Assembly (NCBI GenBank): GCA_016204045.1
Contig: JACQLQ010000004.1
Coordinates: 24,981 to 88,980, forward strand
Source of the DNA: Parcubacteria group bacterium
GTDB lineage: Bacteria > Patescibacteriota > Minisyncoccia > Phycocordibacterales > UBA2135
Direction: 5' to 3'
Length of the DNA: 64,000 nt
This document shows, piece after piece, positions 1-9,297 of this stretch. Numbering within the stretch: the stretch's first letter is position 1; each line of letters begins with the position of its first letter. The notes under the pieces are model-generated. The model saw nothing but the letters and a program-made list of their open reading frames with translations. It ran no database searches and had not been told where the DNA came from. The translations under genes and the position numbers were made by a program.

Positions 1-174
1 AAGTTTGGCAATATGATCCATGAACTCTCTGAGAAGACACAGTTCATTATCATTACTCACAACCGAGAAACAATGACGCGAGCGGGGGTTTTATACGGTA
101 TTACCTCGGGCTCCGAAGGAGTATCGCGAGTGCTGTCCGTCAAGCTTGAAGAGGCTGTGGGGATTGCCCAATAA
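1..174 (+). CDS. smc: Chromosome segregation protein SMC, C-terminal fragment (5' end outside window)
   Basis: Frame-1 translation ...QFIIITHNRETMTRAGVLYGITSGSEGVSRVLSVKLEEA* matches the conserved SMC C-terminal ABC signature/D-loop tail. scpA/scpB are present elsewhere in the window. Confidence 0.55.
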   Translation, partial: KFGNMIHELSEKTQFIIITHNRETMTRAGVLYGITSGSEGVSRVLSVKLEEAVGIAQ

Positions 175-181
175 ACAAGCT

Positions 182-796
182 CTAGTGGCGATTTTCTAGG
201 GCGCTTTTTATTGTATCCTCGTCGGAATATTCGAGCTCTGTCCCCGTCGAGAGGCCACGTCCGAGAGTTGAGAAGAATATGTTATTTTTTTGGACAAGGG
301 GGGCGAGGGCTTTTTTGAGCTCAAGCACTGTGTAATCTCCCTCGGGATTGGCTGAAAGTGCAAATACAATCTCCTTAAGGCCTCGCGAGGCCTCTTTTTC
401 GAGGCGAAGACGCAATTCGGGAAGTCGTACTAATGTCTTTCCTTCACCACTCAAGGGTAGCCGTCCGTTGAGTACAAAATATCCGCCATTATATACCCCG
501 CTTTTGTGCACCACCTCAAGGTCAGCGTCTTTTTCGACAACAAGTAAAATCGAGCAGTCTCGACTCTCATCTCCACATAGAACGCAAAGCTGATGTTTGG
601 CATTCTGCATTTCAAAGTACCGAAAGCATACCGAGCACTGGGCAACCTCCTCGCGTGCTCTCTTTATATTTCGCACCAGATCATCTGCAAACGCCTGATC
701 TGCTGAGAGCAGGAAATACACAAACCGCCGCGCTTGCCGCGCCCCTATACCGGGAAACCTGCTGAACTGCTGAGATAACCTATCGATCAAAGACAT
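182..796 (-). CDS. recR: Recombination protein RecR
   Basis: 204 aa. N-terminal helix-hairpin-helix (LSRFPGIGARQARRFVYFLL), C4 zinc finger (CSVCFRY...CVLCGDESRDC) and Toprim region. ATG start confirmed. Confidence 0.9.
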   Translation of the reverse strand: MSLIDRLSQQFSRFPGIGARQARRFVYFLLSADQAFADDLVRNIKRAREEVAQCSVCFRYFEMQNAKHQLCVLCGDESRDCSILLVVEKDADLEVVHKSGVYNGGYFVLNGRLPLSGEGKTLVRLPELRLRLEKEASRGLKEIVFALSANPEGDYTVLELKKALAPLVQKNNIFFSTLGRGLSTGTELEYSDEDTIKSALENRH

Positions 797-801
797 GGTA
801 G

Positions 802-2208
802 TTAGAAGGCATCATCACCAGCGTCGCCTGGCGGAGGTTGGGTTCTTACTGACATACCACCTTCTTTCTCAAGGGATACAAAGGTTGCCCTCTTCTCATC
901 GAAGAAAAGCTCGATTTTGCCAGTTGGTCCATTTCGGTGTTTTTCTATTAAAATCTCGGCTATGTTTGTTTTTTCAGTATCTTCTTTATACTTGTCAGCT
1001 CTGTGAATAAACATCACCACGTCCGAGTCTTGCTCCAATGAGCCTGAGTCACGTAGGTCAGAAAGCCTCGGTTTGTCACGACGTTGTTCGACTGCGCGAG
1101 AAAGCTGCGATAGCGCAAGTATTGGGACATCAAGCTCACGCGCGAGTCCCTTGAGCGAGCGCGAGATCTCCGTCACCTGCTGAACCATTGACTCGTATGG
1201 CCGCGAGGTATGGATAAGCTGTAGGTAGTCGATAACAAGGAGACCCAACCCATGCTCACGGACAAGGCGCCTCGCGACAGAGCGCATTTGAAGCACGGTG
1301 TTGCCCGGAGTGTCATCAATGAAGATGGGGGCGGCAGAGAGACGTCCAAGTGCTTCTTGGATCTTCACAAAATCGTCATCACTTGTAATTTTCCCCGTAC
1401 GCAACTTCCACGCATCAACACGCGATTCTGCTGCAAGCATGCGGTCCACAAGTTGCTGTGAAGACATTTCAAGGGAGAAGATACCGACGGGGGTCCCGTG
1501 CCGACACGCGCTCTGTCGAGCAATATCAAGGGCGAGCGATGTCTTACCCATACTTGGCCGCGCCGCAAGGAGGATGAGATCCGACTTTTGAAGCCCCGCG
1601 AGTAGAGTGTCTAGTTCTCGATAACCAGTCGGGACTCCACGGAGCTTGTTTTCCGATTTGTGAAGTTTATCAAGTCGTTCCCATGCTTCGCTCAAGCTGT
1701 CTTTGAGCATGGTAAATTTCCGGGAACCAGAGAGTCCTGTTATACCAAAAATCTTTTTTTCTGCACGATCAAGTAATTCTTCGGGTTCAGTCGCCTCATC
1801 GTATCCGAGGTCACCTATGAAGTCCGAAGCGCCGATAAGTTCTCGCAGAATAAATTTGCGCTGAACAATATCTGCATAATGTTTGACGTTGGTTGCAGTG
1901 GGAACCACTTCAACGAGTTCTGCTAGATACGTGCGACCGCCCACATGCTCAAGTTGTTTTTTCTCTAAGAGACGAGAGGAGAGTGACAGCAGATCAACGG
2001 GTTCCCGCTTCGCATGGAGATCTAGCATCGCCTGAAAGACAATCCTATGTTTTGTCGAATAGAAGGAGTCGGGGGAGACAACGTCAATCACATCAAAGAG
2101 TGCCTCTGGACGAAGCATAATCGAACCCAAGAGCGCCCGCTCGCTTTCAATGTTTTGCGGAGGAACCCTAACGGATGGGTTTTTTGAGGAGGTAGTTTGT
2201 TCGGCCAT
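802..2208 (-). CDS. dnaB: Replicative DNA helicase DnaB
   Basis: 468 aa. DnaB N-domain, Walker A (ARPSMGKTSLAL), H4 motif and a RecA-like C-domain ending in the typical acidic tail. Confidence 0.92.
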   Translation of the reverse strand: MAEQTTSSKNPSVRVPPQNIESERALLGSIMLRPEALFDVIDVVSPDSFYSTKHRIVFQAMLDLHAKREPVDLLSLSSRLLEKKQLEHVGGRTYLAELVEVVPTATNVKHYADIVQRKFILRELIGASDFIGDLGYDEATEPEELLDRAEKKIFGITGLSGSRKFTMLKDSLSEAWERLDKLHKSENKLRGVPTGYRELDTLLAGLQKSDLILLAARPSMGKTSLALDIARQSACRHGTPVGIFSLEMSSQQLVDRMLAAESRVDAWKLRTGKITSDDDFVKIQEALGRLSAAPIFIDDTPGNTVLQMRSVARRLVREHGLGLLVIDYLQLIHTSRPYESMVQQVTEISRSLKGLARELDVPILALSQLSRAVEQRRDKPRLSDLRDSGSLEQDSDVVMFIHRADKYKEDTEKTNIAEILIEKHRNGPTGKIELFFDEKRATFVSLEKEGGMSVRTQPPPGDAGDDAF

Positions 2209-2513
2209 TGTTAGATTCTAGCACAGTGTCGGAAAGACGACATATCGACAAATGCTAGATTTTTGTGGGAAAGGTGTGCATAACCGCTCCATGACTAGCA
2301 TCATCTGCGGTATCCATCTACCTAGCAACAAGACGATACTAGCCTGTTAAGTTTCAGCAGGTTGATGGGTAAATTTTGCTTCCGCAAAACAGGAGCTTAG
2401 CCAACAAGAGGTGTTTTACCGGGCACTTGAGTATTCTCTTAATTTCCTGTTATCCACAGTTGTGTCGTCAAAACGATATAAGAAAAATATAGTTCTTGCT
2501 AGAATAAAAGCAA

Positions 2514-5500
2514 TTGGTGCCTATGGGAGACGAGCTTCTTTTTGAGGGTAAAAAATATGTGTCGGCAAGACGACTTGCTGAGGGAAGCAAATATTCAAGC
2601 GATCACTTGAGTCGACTTGCTCGTGCTAAAAAAATTGACGGTAGGCTTATCGGCCGCAATTGGTTTATCAACCCAGATTCAATAGAAGTCTACCAGCAAC
2701 AATTAAACGGGGATCATCTTTTCAAGGGCGGTGAAAAAAGTTTTGAAAATGAGCAAAGCCGGGAAGCCGACACTACTCAAACCAATAGCCCTAGCACAAT
2801 AGAGCCTACTCCAAACCCGTCCGAGCATGTACAAGTGGACACTCTGCAAAATCCAGTTATTGGAGAGAACGCCGCAGTTACAATCCCAATTACAACTGGT
2901 GTTGAGTTACTATCAGAAATTCCTGAACCATTAAGGACGGAAAGCGCTATAGAACTGACACCGCCTAGCATTGAAACAGATTCATGGGACAATCTCCTCC
3001 TCGGGTCATTAAAAGAGGAAGAAAACAAAAAAGATGTCGTCACAACAGCATCACCACTACCGACGCCAGCTTCGGTAGAACAACCTCTTACAAAGCGGGT
3101 AGCTGATGTTGAAGTCTCGAAAGAAACCGAAACTCCATCAGCATTCGAAAAGTTTCGGGGAACGGGAATGCAGATACTGCGACATGCCAGCAACCTACCT
3201 GTTCAGGCCTGGCAGGCGAGCATGCCATTTATTGAGCTAGGAAAACTGGCGAAAGGGGTTGTGACAGGGTTCCTCATGGTTTCCGCCTTGGGGGGTGGGG
3301 TATATCTGCTTAGAGATACTCCTTACACGACGTACACGACCCTGTTCTCGAACGTCCTAGTGGCAACTCAAGGTGGGGGAGAAAGAATAGCTTCGGTACT
3401 TGCTTCTGGGATGGAAAACGCGACACATCGCATTACGACAGTGGGCAAGGGAAGTATGGAAATCGCCACCCACCCCAACCACTTCTTTTCACGTACACAG
3501 GAAGTTCTAGCCCAAATCATCGATGTTGTCGGGGCAAGTGCTACATATGCATCTGATAGTATCCTGCGACAATACCACCAAATACACACTCGCATATCTG
3601 ATACGAAACAACTAACCGCCGCTCTGCTTGATATCCCGGGAGGTGTGGCTCGTAACCTGTATGACACGATAACGTCACTTTTTGATGGCAATGATGCCAC
3701 GCCGACGACGCAAGACAAAAAAGGTACGCCTGTTACAATCACCGAGAAAGATATCGAAGAGGCGCGCCGGAAACTTCTTGGAGAAGAATCGGGCTCGACA
3801 CGGGCTAACCCCGCTATTGCGGAACCAACTACAAACACGCCGTTGAGGCAAGTCCAATCTGAAATTACACGGCTACAAAATGAGGTGAACCAACTTAAGC
3901 GTTCCGGGATAACGATTGAGTCACCTGTGGCACCCAAACTCGTGGAACGTATTGTCGAGCGCGTCATACCCGGTGTCACACAAACCAACCTCGATGATCA
4001 ACTGAATATCTTGCGAGGGGATATTGCATCTCTACGAAACTCCACCACACAACAAACAAACACAATATACCGTACAGTGGCTCTTTCTCAGAAAATCGAC
4101 CAACTGAACGATGTCACCCTAACTTCTATTACTGTCTCGGGAGTGTCAGGACTCACCAATGCAGACATCCCCGATGACATCACTGTATCGAACTACCTAC
4201 TCCTCACTGGAGGTACGATAAGTGGAAACTTACAAACGACAGGGACCCTCACTGCTTTTGAAGCGGCAACCATTCCGTCGTTCTCTGCCACATCAACAAC
4301 GAATGCTTCAACCATCAACTATCGTCTAGGTATTGGGACATCTTCTCCGTATGCCGCACTTGCTGTAGTGGGAGAAACAGTTTCCACCTACTTTACCGCA
4401 ACCTCAACTACAGCAACCTCTACTTTCTCTGGCCAAGCAGTCTTTAACAATACTCCTGGAGCTCCCCATACATTTGCTTCGTGGGCGACAGGAGTTGCTG
4501 GTGCACAACCGCTTGTTGCTCCACTTGTTGTGAACCCTGCCTCTGCGGGTTCTGATACCAACCTTATTTCCGCTTCTGTAAACGGTGCTGTACGGTTCTT
4601 GATTGACGCCGAAGGAGATATCTATGCGAACGGTATCTTCTCTACGGGAGGCACCACGCTCTCCACAACAACAGCGTCAACCTTTAGTGTGGAAAACAGT
4701 GCAACCCTTGGTGATGCTACGACGACCGACAGCACCTACTTCAACTCACGTATTGGATCTTCACTTATCCCCACCGTGAACAACCTTCTTGATATCGGAG
4801 ACACCACAAATGGGCTTGCGTGGAGGACGGGTATCTTTGCTACATCGCTCGGTATAGGAACGACCTCACCGTGGGGAGTACTCTCTGTAGACGCACCCTC
4901 TACTGCAAACAACATTACTCCCATCTTTGTCGTGGCTGATAAGGGCACCTCAACACCTTTTATCTACGTGTCTGGGATACAGGGAGATGTGGGAATCCGC
5001 ACTAATACTCCTACGTATGCCTTGGATGTGGCCGGTTCAATCCGCGCCACCTCGGTCATTGACGCTTCCTACTTTAGTGCTACCTCAACGACTGCAACCT
5101 CTACCATCGCAGGCTTCCTCGACATTACAGGGACGAACTCGACGTCTACCATATCGGGAGGACTCGACGTCCTTGGCGCTCTTCGTCTTGGCTCTTCACT
5201 CTCGCTCACGTCGACGACGGCAACCACCACACTCGCAGGAGGTCTCGCTCTAGAGACCACCGGCTTCGTCTATGATTTTTCGTCAAACAACGTAGGTATC
5301 GGTACTGCTGCTCCCGGAGCACAACTCCACCTTAACACCGCCTCAGGACAGAATGCCTTCCGCATTGGTTCAACGACCGATCAGTTCATTGTGAACAATG
5401 TAGGGAATGTGGGGGTTGGGACCACATCACCTGGTTCTCTCTTCTCTGTCGACGGTGGGGGAGCCCTCATCACCAACACCAGCTCAAGCCACTCCTTCTA

Positions 5501-7844
5501 TGTTGAAGATGTTGCGGATGATACGACACCGTTTGTGATTGCAAGTAATGGACAAGTCGGAGTAGGAACGACGACAATGACATCTAATATGGAGCTTGTC
5601 ATCCACGGAGATGGTCAAGACGCGAACATCCAACTAGGAAGAAGCAGCGGTGCCCTGTTTGATATTAGGGCAGGACAAGTGACCGAAGGAGTACTTTTCG
5701 CGCTGACCGGGGGCACGGGCAATATGGACTTTTATCACGGAAGTACGATGAATGTACGGTTTGCCAACAGTGGTAATGTTTTCTTCGGCGATTCTTCAAA
5801 TGCCAACATGACGCAGGGGCTTACGATTAACCAAGCTGGAGCCGATAACCAGGCACTTGCCTTTAAATCTTCTGACGTCTCTCACGGCATAACGTCTCTT
5901 GTCGAGCTAGATACCTATGGCGCTCTTGATAAGGCAAGTGGAGACGACGGGGGTATCGAAATCACCGGTTATTCAGAGGATACAGCCGCCTATGCTATCT
6001 ACCTTACGGGGTATGCAGGTACAGCGAACACTGCAAAATCTACGTCTGCTGTAGCACCCACTGTCGTGTATTCTGGAAAAAGAAGCGGCACCTCTGTTGC
6101 TTCCGTAGGTACTGATGGAAACCTGCTGGTAATTCAGGATGTTGGTAGTACCGAATGGCTCGTTGATGCTGAAGGCGATACTTGGCAGAGCGGGGGAGCC
6201 GGGTTTGCCACCTCAACTGCGTGGGGACTTGTCTCAATCGAAAACACCGGATCCGGACCCTCGTTCGTTGTTTCTGACCAGGCGAATGATACGAGTTCAT
6301 TTGTGATTAATACGGATGGAAAAGTCGGAATTGGAACAAACAACCCGTCGTATCCTCTTCACGCAAGCTCGTCTGCCACTGTCGCTGCGCAATTTAACGT
6401 TACCGACGGTACTACGCCTCAAACGGGGACAATTCTCCTCACAACTACTGAAGCGAGAACCGCTGGCCAAGGGGTCTCTATTTCCTTTAATACGCCGACA
6501 ACGGCACCTTCCTTTGAGGACTCTTCAGCAATAGGCGGCCTTGCAGAGGACTCCGTTACTGGGAATCGAGGGGGTTATCTCTCATTTTGGACAAGACCAA
6601 GTGGCGACACACTTCAAGAGCGGCTTCGTATCACAAGCGCAGGCGACGTTTGTGACGTTGGAGGAGTTGATGCCGACTTTACTGACTGCGCCTCTGATAG
6701 TGCTTTCAAGGAAGATATCGTCGGGTACGAATACGGATTGGAAGAACTCCTTGAGCTACGTCCCGTTGAGTTTAGTTGGAATGCGTTAGCACAAAGCAAG
6801 GGATATAAGGGCGGTGTGCGCGTCAACGGTTTTATCGCTCAGGAAGTGGAGACGGTCTTGCCATCCTGGATTAGCACTAACATAGAAGACGGTGGGTACA
6901 AAAAGATTGACGGTGCGGGGGATCTTCCACTTCTGCTCACCAAATCAGTTCAGGAAATTGCCGCCCGTATTAGTCTCACCTCCGCCCCCACCACAACCCC
7001 CTCCCTCTACATCGACTCGGAAGGTCGCCTCGGGGTGGGCACCACAACCCCCGCCTATACCCTCCATGTCATAGGAGATGTGGCGGCAGAAAGTTTTGTA
7101 AACATTTCAACCAAAGAGGCGAAAAAGGACATTTCGTACCTGGGGCATCTCCAGAAAGAATCGCTCTATGAAAAACTCAAAGACTTGGGGGTTGCAACAT
7201 ACTACTACGAACACGAAGATGCAAGCGATGACCCCGAACGTCTTGGGTTGATTGCTGAAGAAGCGCCTGAAGAGGTACTCGCAAAAGGGGGCAAGGGTGT
7301 AGACCTCTATAAACTTGTTACCGCTCTTCTAGCGGCATTCCAGACGCTTGCAGAGAAGGTGGAGAAGCTTGAAGATGCGGCCGTCACCGGTGTTGCGGCA
7401 GTAACTAATTCCTTTAGCGAATTATTCGCGAGCAAGTTGACCATAACCAACCTCTTGTGCTTGGGAGACACCTGTATCGGCGAATCGGAACTGCAGTCAC
7501 TCCTCACTAATGCGGGGTTAATCGCGACATCAACAACTCCAGTAGTTGAAACCCCAGACGATGAAGAAGCGCCCGATACTGAAGCGCCGACGATAACTAT
7601 TACCGGAGCGAACCCCGCGGAAATTGAGCTTAATGCCGCATATTCCGACAATGGTGCGACAGTCGCAGACAACGTAAACGGCAATCTCGGATATACAACA
7701 TACGTTAATGGCATCCTAATGACGCCAGTCCAACTTGATACAGCAACAACAACCACACATCTTATCGATTACGTGGCTACTGACAGCGCGGGAAACACTG
7801 CCACATCAACACGAACAGTGAATATTGTCGCGCCGCAAAATTAG
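2514..7844 (+). CDS. Giant (1776 aa) membrane-anchored surface protein: tail-fibre-like beta-helical repeats, two tandem intramolecular-chaperone (Peptidase_S74-like) domains and a C-terminal Ig-like DUF5011-like domain
   Basis: Single uninterrupted ORF. N-terminal about 230 aa is cytoplasmic. One TM helix (GVVTGFLMVSALGGGVYLL). At least 7 repeats of (V/I)G(I/V)GTxxPxxxLxV. Two copies of the S74 motif (S-D-S-A-F-K-E-D-I ... GFIAQEVETVLP and S-T-K-E-A-K-K-D-I ... LIAEEAPEEV). C-terminus TITITGANP...YVATDSAGNTATSTRTVNIV resembles DUF5011. Confidence 0.8.
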   Translation: MVPMGDELLFEGKKYVSARRLAEGSKYSSDHLSRLARAKKIDGRLIGRNWFINPDSIEVYQQQLNGDHLFKGGEKSFENEQSREADTTQTNSPSTIEPTPNPSEHVQVDTLQNPVIGENAAVTIPITTGVELLSEIPEPLRTESAIELTPPSIETDSWDNLLLGSLKEEENKKDVVTTASPLPTPASVEQPLTKRVADVEVSKETETPSAFEKFRGTGMQILRHASNLPVQAWQASMPFIELGKLAKGVVTGFLMVSALGGGVYLLRDTPYTTYTTLFSNVLVATQGGGERIASVLASGMENATHRITTVGKGSMEIATHPNHFFSRTQEVLAQIIDVVGASATYASDSILRQYHQIHTRISDTKQLTAALLDIPGGVARNLYDTITSLFDGNDATPTTQDKKGTPVTITEKDIEEARRKLLGEESGSTRANPAIAEPTTNTPLRQVQSEITRLQNEVNQLKRSGITIESPVAPKLVERIVERVIPGVTQTNLDDQLNILRGDIASLRNSTTQQTNTIYRTVALSQKIDQLNDVTLTSITVSGVSGLTNADIPDDITVSNYLLLTGGTISGNLQTTGTLTAFEAATIPSFSATSTTNASTINYRLGIGTSSPYAALAVVGETVSTYFTATSTTATSTFSGQAVFNNTPGAPHTFASWATGVAGAQPLVAPLVVNPASAGSDTNLISASVNGAVRFLIDAEGDIYANGIFSTGGTTLSTTTASTFSVENSATLGDATTTDSTYFNSRIGSSLIPTVNNLLDIGDTTNGLAWRTGIFATSLGIGTTSPWGVLSVDAPSTANNITPIFVVADKGTSTPFIYVSGIQGDVGIRTNTPTYALDVAGSIRATSVIDASYFSATSTTATSTIAGFLDITGTNSTSTISGGLDVLGALRLGSSLSLTSTTATTTLAGGLALETTGFVYDFSSNNVGIGTAAPGAQLHLNTASGQNAFRIGSTTDQFIVNNVGNVGVGTTSPGSLFSVDGGGALITNTSSSHSFYVEDVADDTTPFVIASNGQVGVGTTTMTSNMELVIHGDGQDANIQLGRSSGALFDIRAGQVTEGVLFALTGGTGNMDFYHGSTMNVRFANSGNVFFGDSSNANMTQGLTINQAGADNQALAFKSSDVSHGITSLVELDTYGALDKASGDDGGIEITGYSEDTAAYAIYLTGYAGTANTAKSTSAVAPTVVYSGKRSGTSVASVGTDGNLLVIQDVGSTEWLVDAEGDTWQSGGAGFATSTAWGLVSIENTGSGPSFVVSDQANDTSSFVINTDGKVGIGTNNPSYPLHASSSATVAAQFNVTDGTTPQTGTILLTTTEARTAGQGVSISFNTPTTAPSFEDSSAIGGLAEDSVTGNRGGYLSFWTRPSGDTLQERLRITSAGDVCDVGGVDADFTDCASDSAFKEDIVGYEYGLEELLELRPVEFSWNALAQSKGYKGGVRVNGFIAQEVETVLPSWISTNIEDGGYKKIDGAGDLPLLLTKSVQEIAARISLTSAPTTTPSLYIDSEGRLGVGTTTPAYTLHVIGDVAAESFVNISTKEAKKDISYLGHLQKESLYEKLKDLGVATYYYEHEDASDDPERLGLIAEEAPEEVLAKGGKGVDLYKLVTALLAAFQTLAEKVEKLEDAAVTGVAAVTNSFSELFASKLTITNLLCLGDTCIGESELQSLLTNAGLIATSTTPVVETPDDEEAPDTEAPTITITGANPAEIELNAAYSDNGATVADNVNGNLGYTTYVNGILMTPVQLDTATTTTHLIDYVATDSAGNTATSTRTVNIVAPQN

Positions 7845-7848
7845 GGCG

Positions 7849-9213
7849 TTAGGACTTGAGAATTTTTGGTCCGTTTGGAGTATCGTCTATCCTATAGCCC
7901 ATCTCCTCAACTTCCTTACGGAGCATGTCTGCTTTGGCAAAATCGTTCTGGGCACGTGCTTCTTCGCGCTCTTCTGCAAGATTCTTCACTTCTGATGGAA
8001 TGTCTTCTTTTTTGAGTGTGTCAAAACCTAGTCCAAGAACCCGGTCAAAATCGAGCAGTATCGCCCGCTTTTCTCCGCCACTTAGAGCACGATCACGTAC
8101 AACATCCCAGAGCTCAGCGAGGGCGAGGGGAGTATTCAAATCATCATTGAGCGCCTTGAGAAAATGTTCTTTTGGCTCTTCTCCTGCTTCTGGCCCATCG
8201 TTGGCGAGAGCAAGAAACTGATCGTGCAGTTTGTTGAGTGCGTTTTGCGACGCCTCAAGTGCTTCCCAGGTGAAGTTGATCTGCGTACGGTAATGCGCCT
8301 GGAGAAGGAAGTAGCGATACGCAAGAGGGGAGAAGCCACGCTTCACGACGTCCTCAAGAGTAAAAAAGTTGCCTTTTGACTTTGACATCTTCTCGCTATT
8401 AACCAGGACATGCTCGTTGTGGAGCCAGTAGTGCGCCAAGGGCCTGCCTGTTGCGGCTTCTGACTGCGCGATTTCGTTGTTGTGGTGAACTGTTATGTGG
8501 TCGACGCCTCCGGTGTGAATGTCGAACTCTTCTCCCAAATACTTCATCGACATCGCTGAGCACTCTATATGCCATCCTGGGAAACCCTTGCCCCACGGGC
8601 TTTCCCAACCGAGGTTTTTGTTAAATTTCCACAGAGCAAAGTCTCGCGGGTTCTTCTTTTCGGCATTCATTCCGATGCGCGAGTGGTCCTGGTCCGCCAC
8701 CCCGCCAAGCTTGCCGTAGTCAGGGTATTTCCCTGTATCAAAGTAGACTCCGTCGGAGGTGATATAGGCGAGACCCTTGGCTTCTAAACGTTGGATGAGT
8801 TCGATCTGTTGTGGGACAAACTCACTCGCTCTCGGCAAGGCATCTGGCTTCTTGATATTGAGGGAAGCGGTATCTGCTTCAAAAATACGGATGTAGCGAT
8901 CTGCCAAGGAGTGCATATTCTCAAGCGTTGGAGCCATGCCCTCGCGTTTAAGACCAGCTGTCATCTTGTCTTCTCCTTCATCGGCGTCGGAAGTCAGATG
9001 TCCAACATCGGTGATGTTCATAACCTGCACTACCTTGAAATCGTTGTATTCAAAAACACGACGAGTGATATCTGCAAAGAGAAAGGAGCGCAGGTTCCCA
9101 ATATGCGCCTTGTCGTATACTGTCGGCCCACAGTGGTACATTGAAACCTCCCCCTGTCTAAGTGGCTTAAACTCTTCTGTTTCTCGAGTGAGAGTATTAT
9201 GGAGATGAATCAT
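7849..9213 (-). CDS. cysS: Cysteine--tRNA ligase
   Basis: 454 aa. HIGH-type motif (HIGNLRSF), KMSKS motif (KMSKSKGN) and Cys-binding signature residues. Confidence 0.93.
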   Translation of the reverse strand: MIHLHNTLTRETEEFKPLRQGEVSMYHCGPTVYDKAHIGNLRSFLFADITRRVFEYNDFKVVQVMNITDVGHLTSDADEGEDKMTAGLKREGMAPTLENMHSLADRYIRIFEADTASLNIKKPDALPRASEFVPQQIELIQRLEAKGLAYITSDGVYFDTGKYPDYGKLGGVADQDHSRIGMNAEKKNPRDFALWKFNKNLGWESPWGKGFPGWHIECSAMSMKYLGEEFDIHTGGVDHITVHHNNEIAQSEAATGRPLAHYWLHNEHVLVNSEKMSKSKGNFFTLEDVVKRGFSPLAYRYFLLQAHYRTQINFTWEALEASQNALNKLHDQFLALANDGPEAGEEPKEHFLKALNDDLNTPLALAELWDVVRDRALSGGEKRAILLDFDRVLGLGFDTLKKEDIPSEVKNLAEEREEARAQNDFAKADMLRKEVEEMGYRIDDTPNGPKILKS

Positions 9214-9260
9214 GCAAAAGTCAGATACTGTATACTAAATTAGTATAACGCGGCGTGGAA

Positions 9261-9289
9261 TTGACCACAACAGATGTGTTTGCGATAAT
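9261..9289 (+). promoter_or_regulatory. Sigma70-like promoter for ctpA (TTGACC-17 nt-GATAAT)
   Basis: The -35 TTGACC and -10 GATAAT hexamers sit with 17-nt spacing 9 nt upstream of the 9298 ATG, in the divergent cysS/ctpA intergenic region. Confidence 0.45.
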
Positions 9290-9297
9290 GTAACTAC

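Noticed and set aside
2445-2460. Perfect DnaA-box TTATCCACA in the dnaB/giant-gene intergenic region (a second at about 61293 upstream of mraZ) as a possible oriC
   Set aside because: Each is a single isolated 9-mer, which is expected about once per window by chance. There is no cluster of boxes, no AT-rich unwinding element and no dnaA or dnaN nearby.
4200-7100. Repetitive sequence in the giant gene as a possible CRISPR or tandem DNA repeat
   Set aside because: The repeats are degenerate at the DNA level and in-frame (protein motif GIGTxxP). There are no regular short direct repeats with unique spacers and no cas genes.
2777-7756. Several 60-206-aa minus-strand ORFs (for example 3368..3988, 7307..7756) inside the giant gene
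   Set aside because: They are nested antisense to a single long ORF with coherent protein-level repeat structure and no independent signals.
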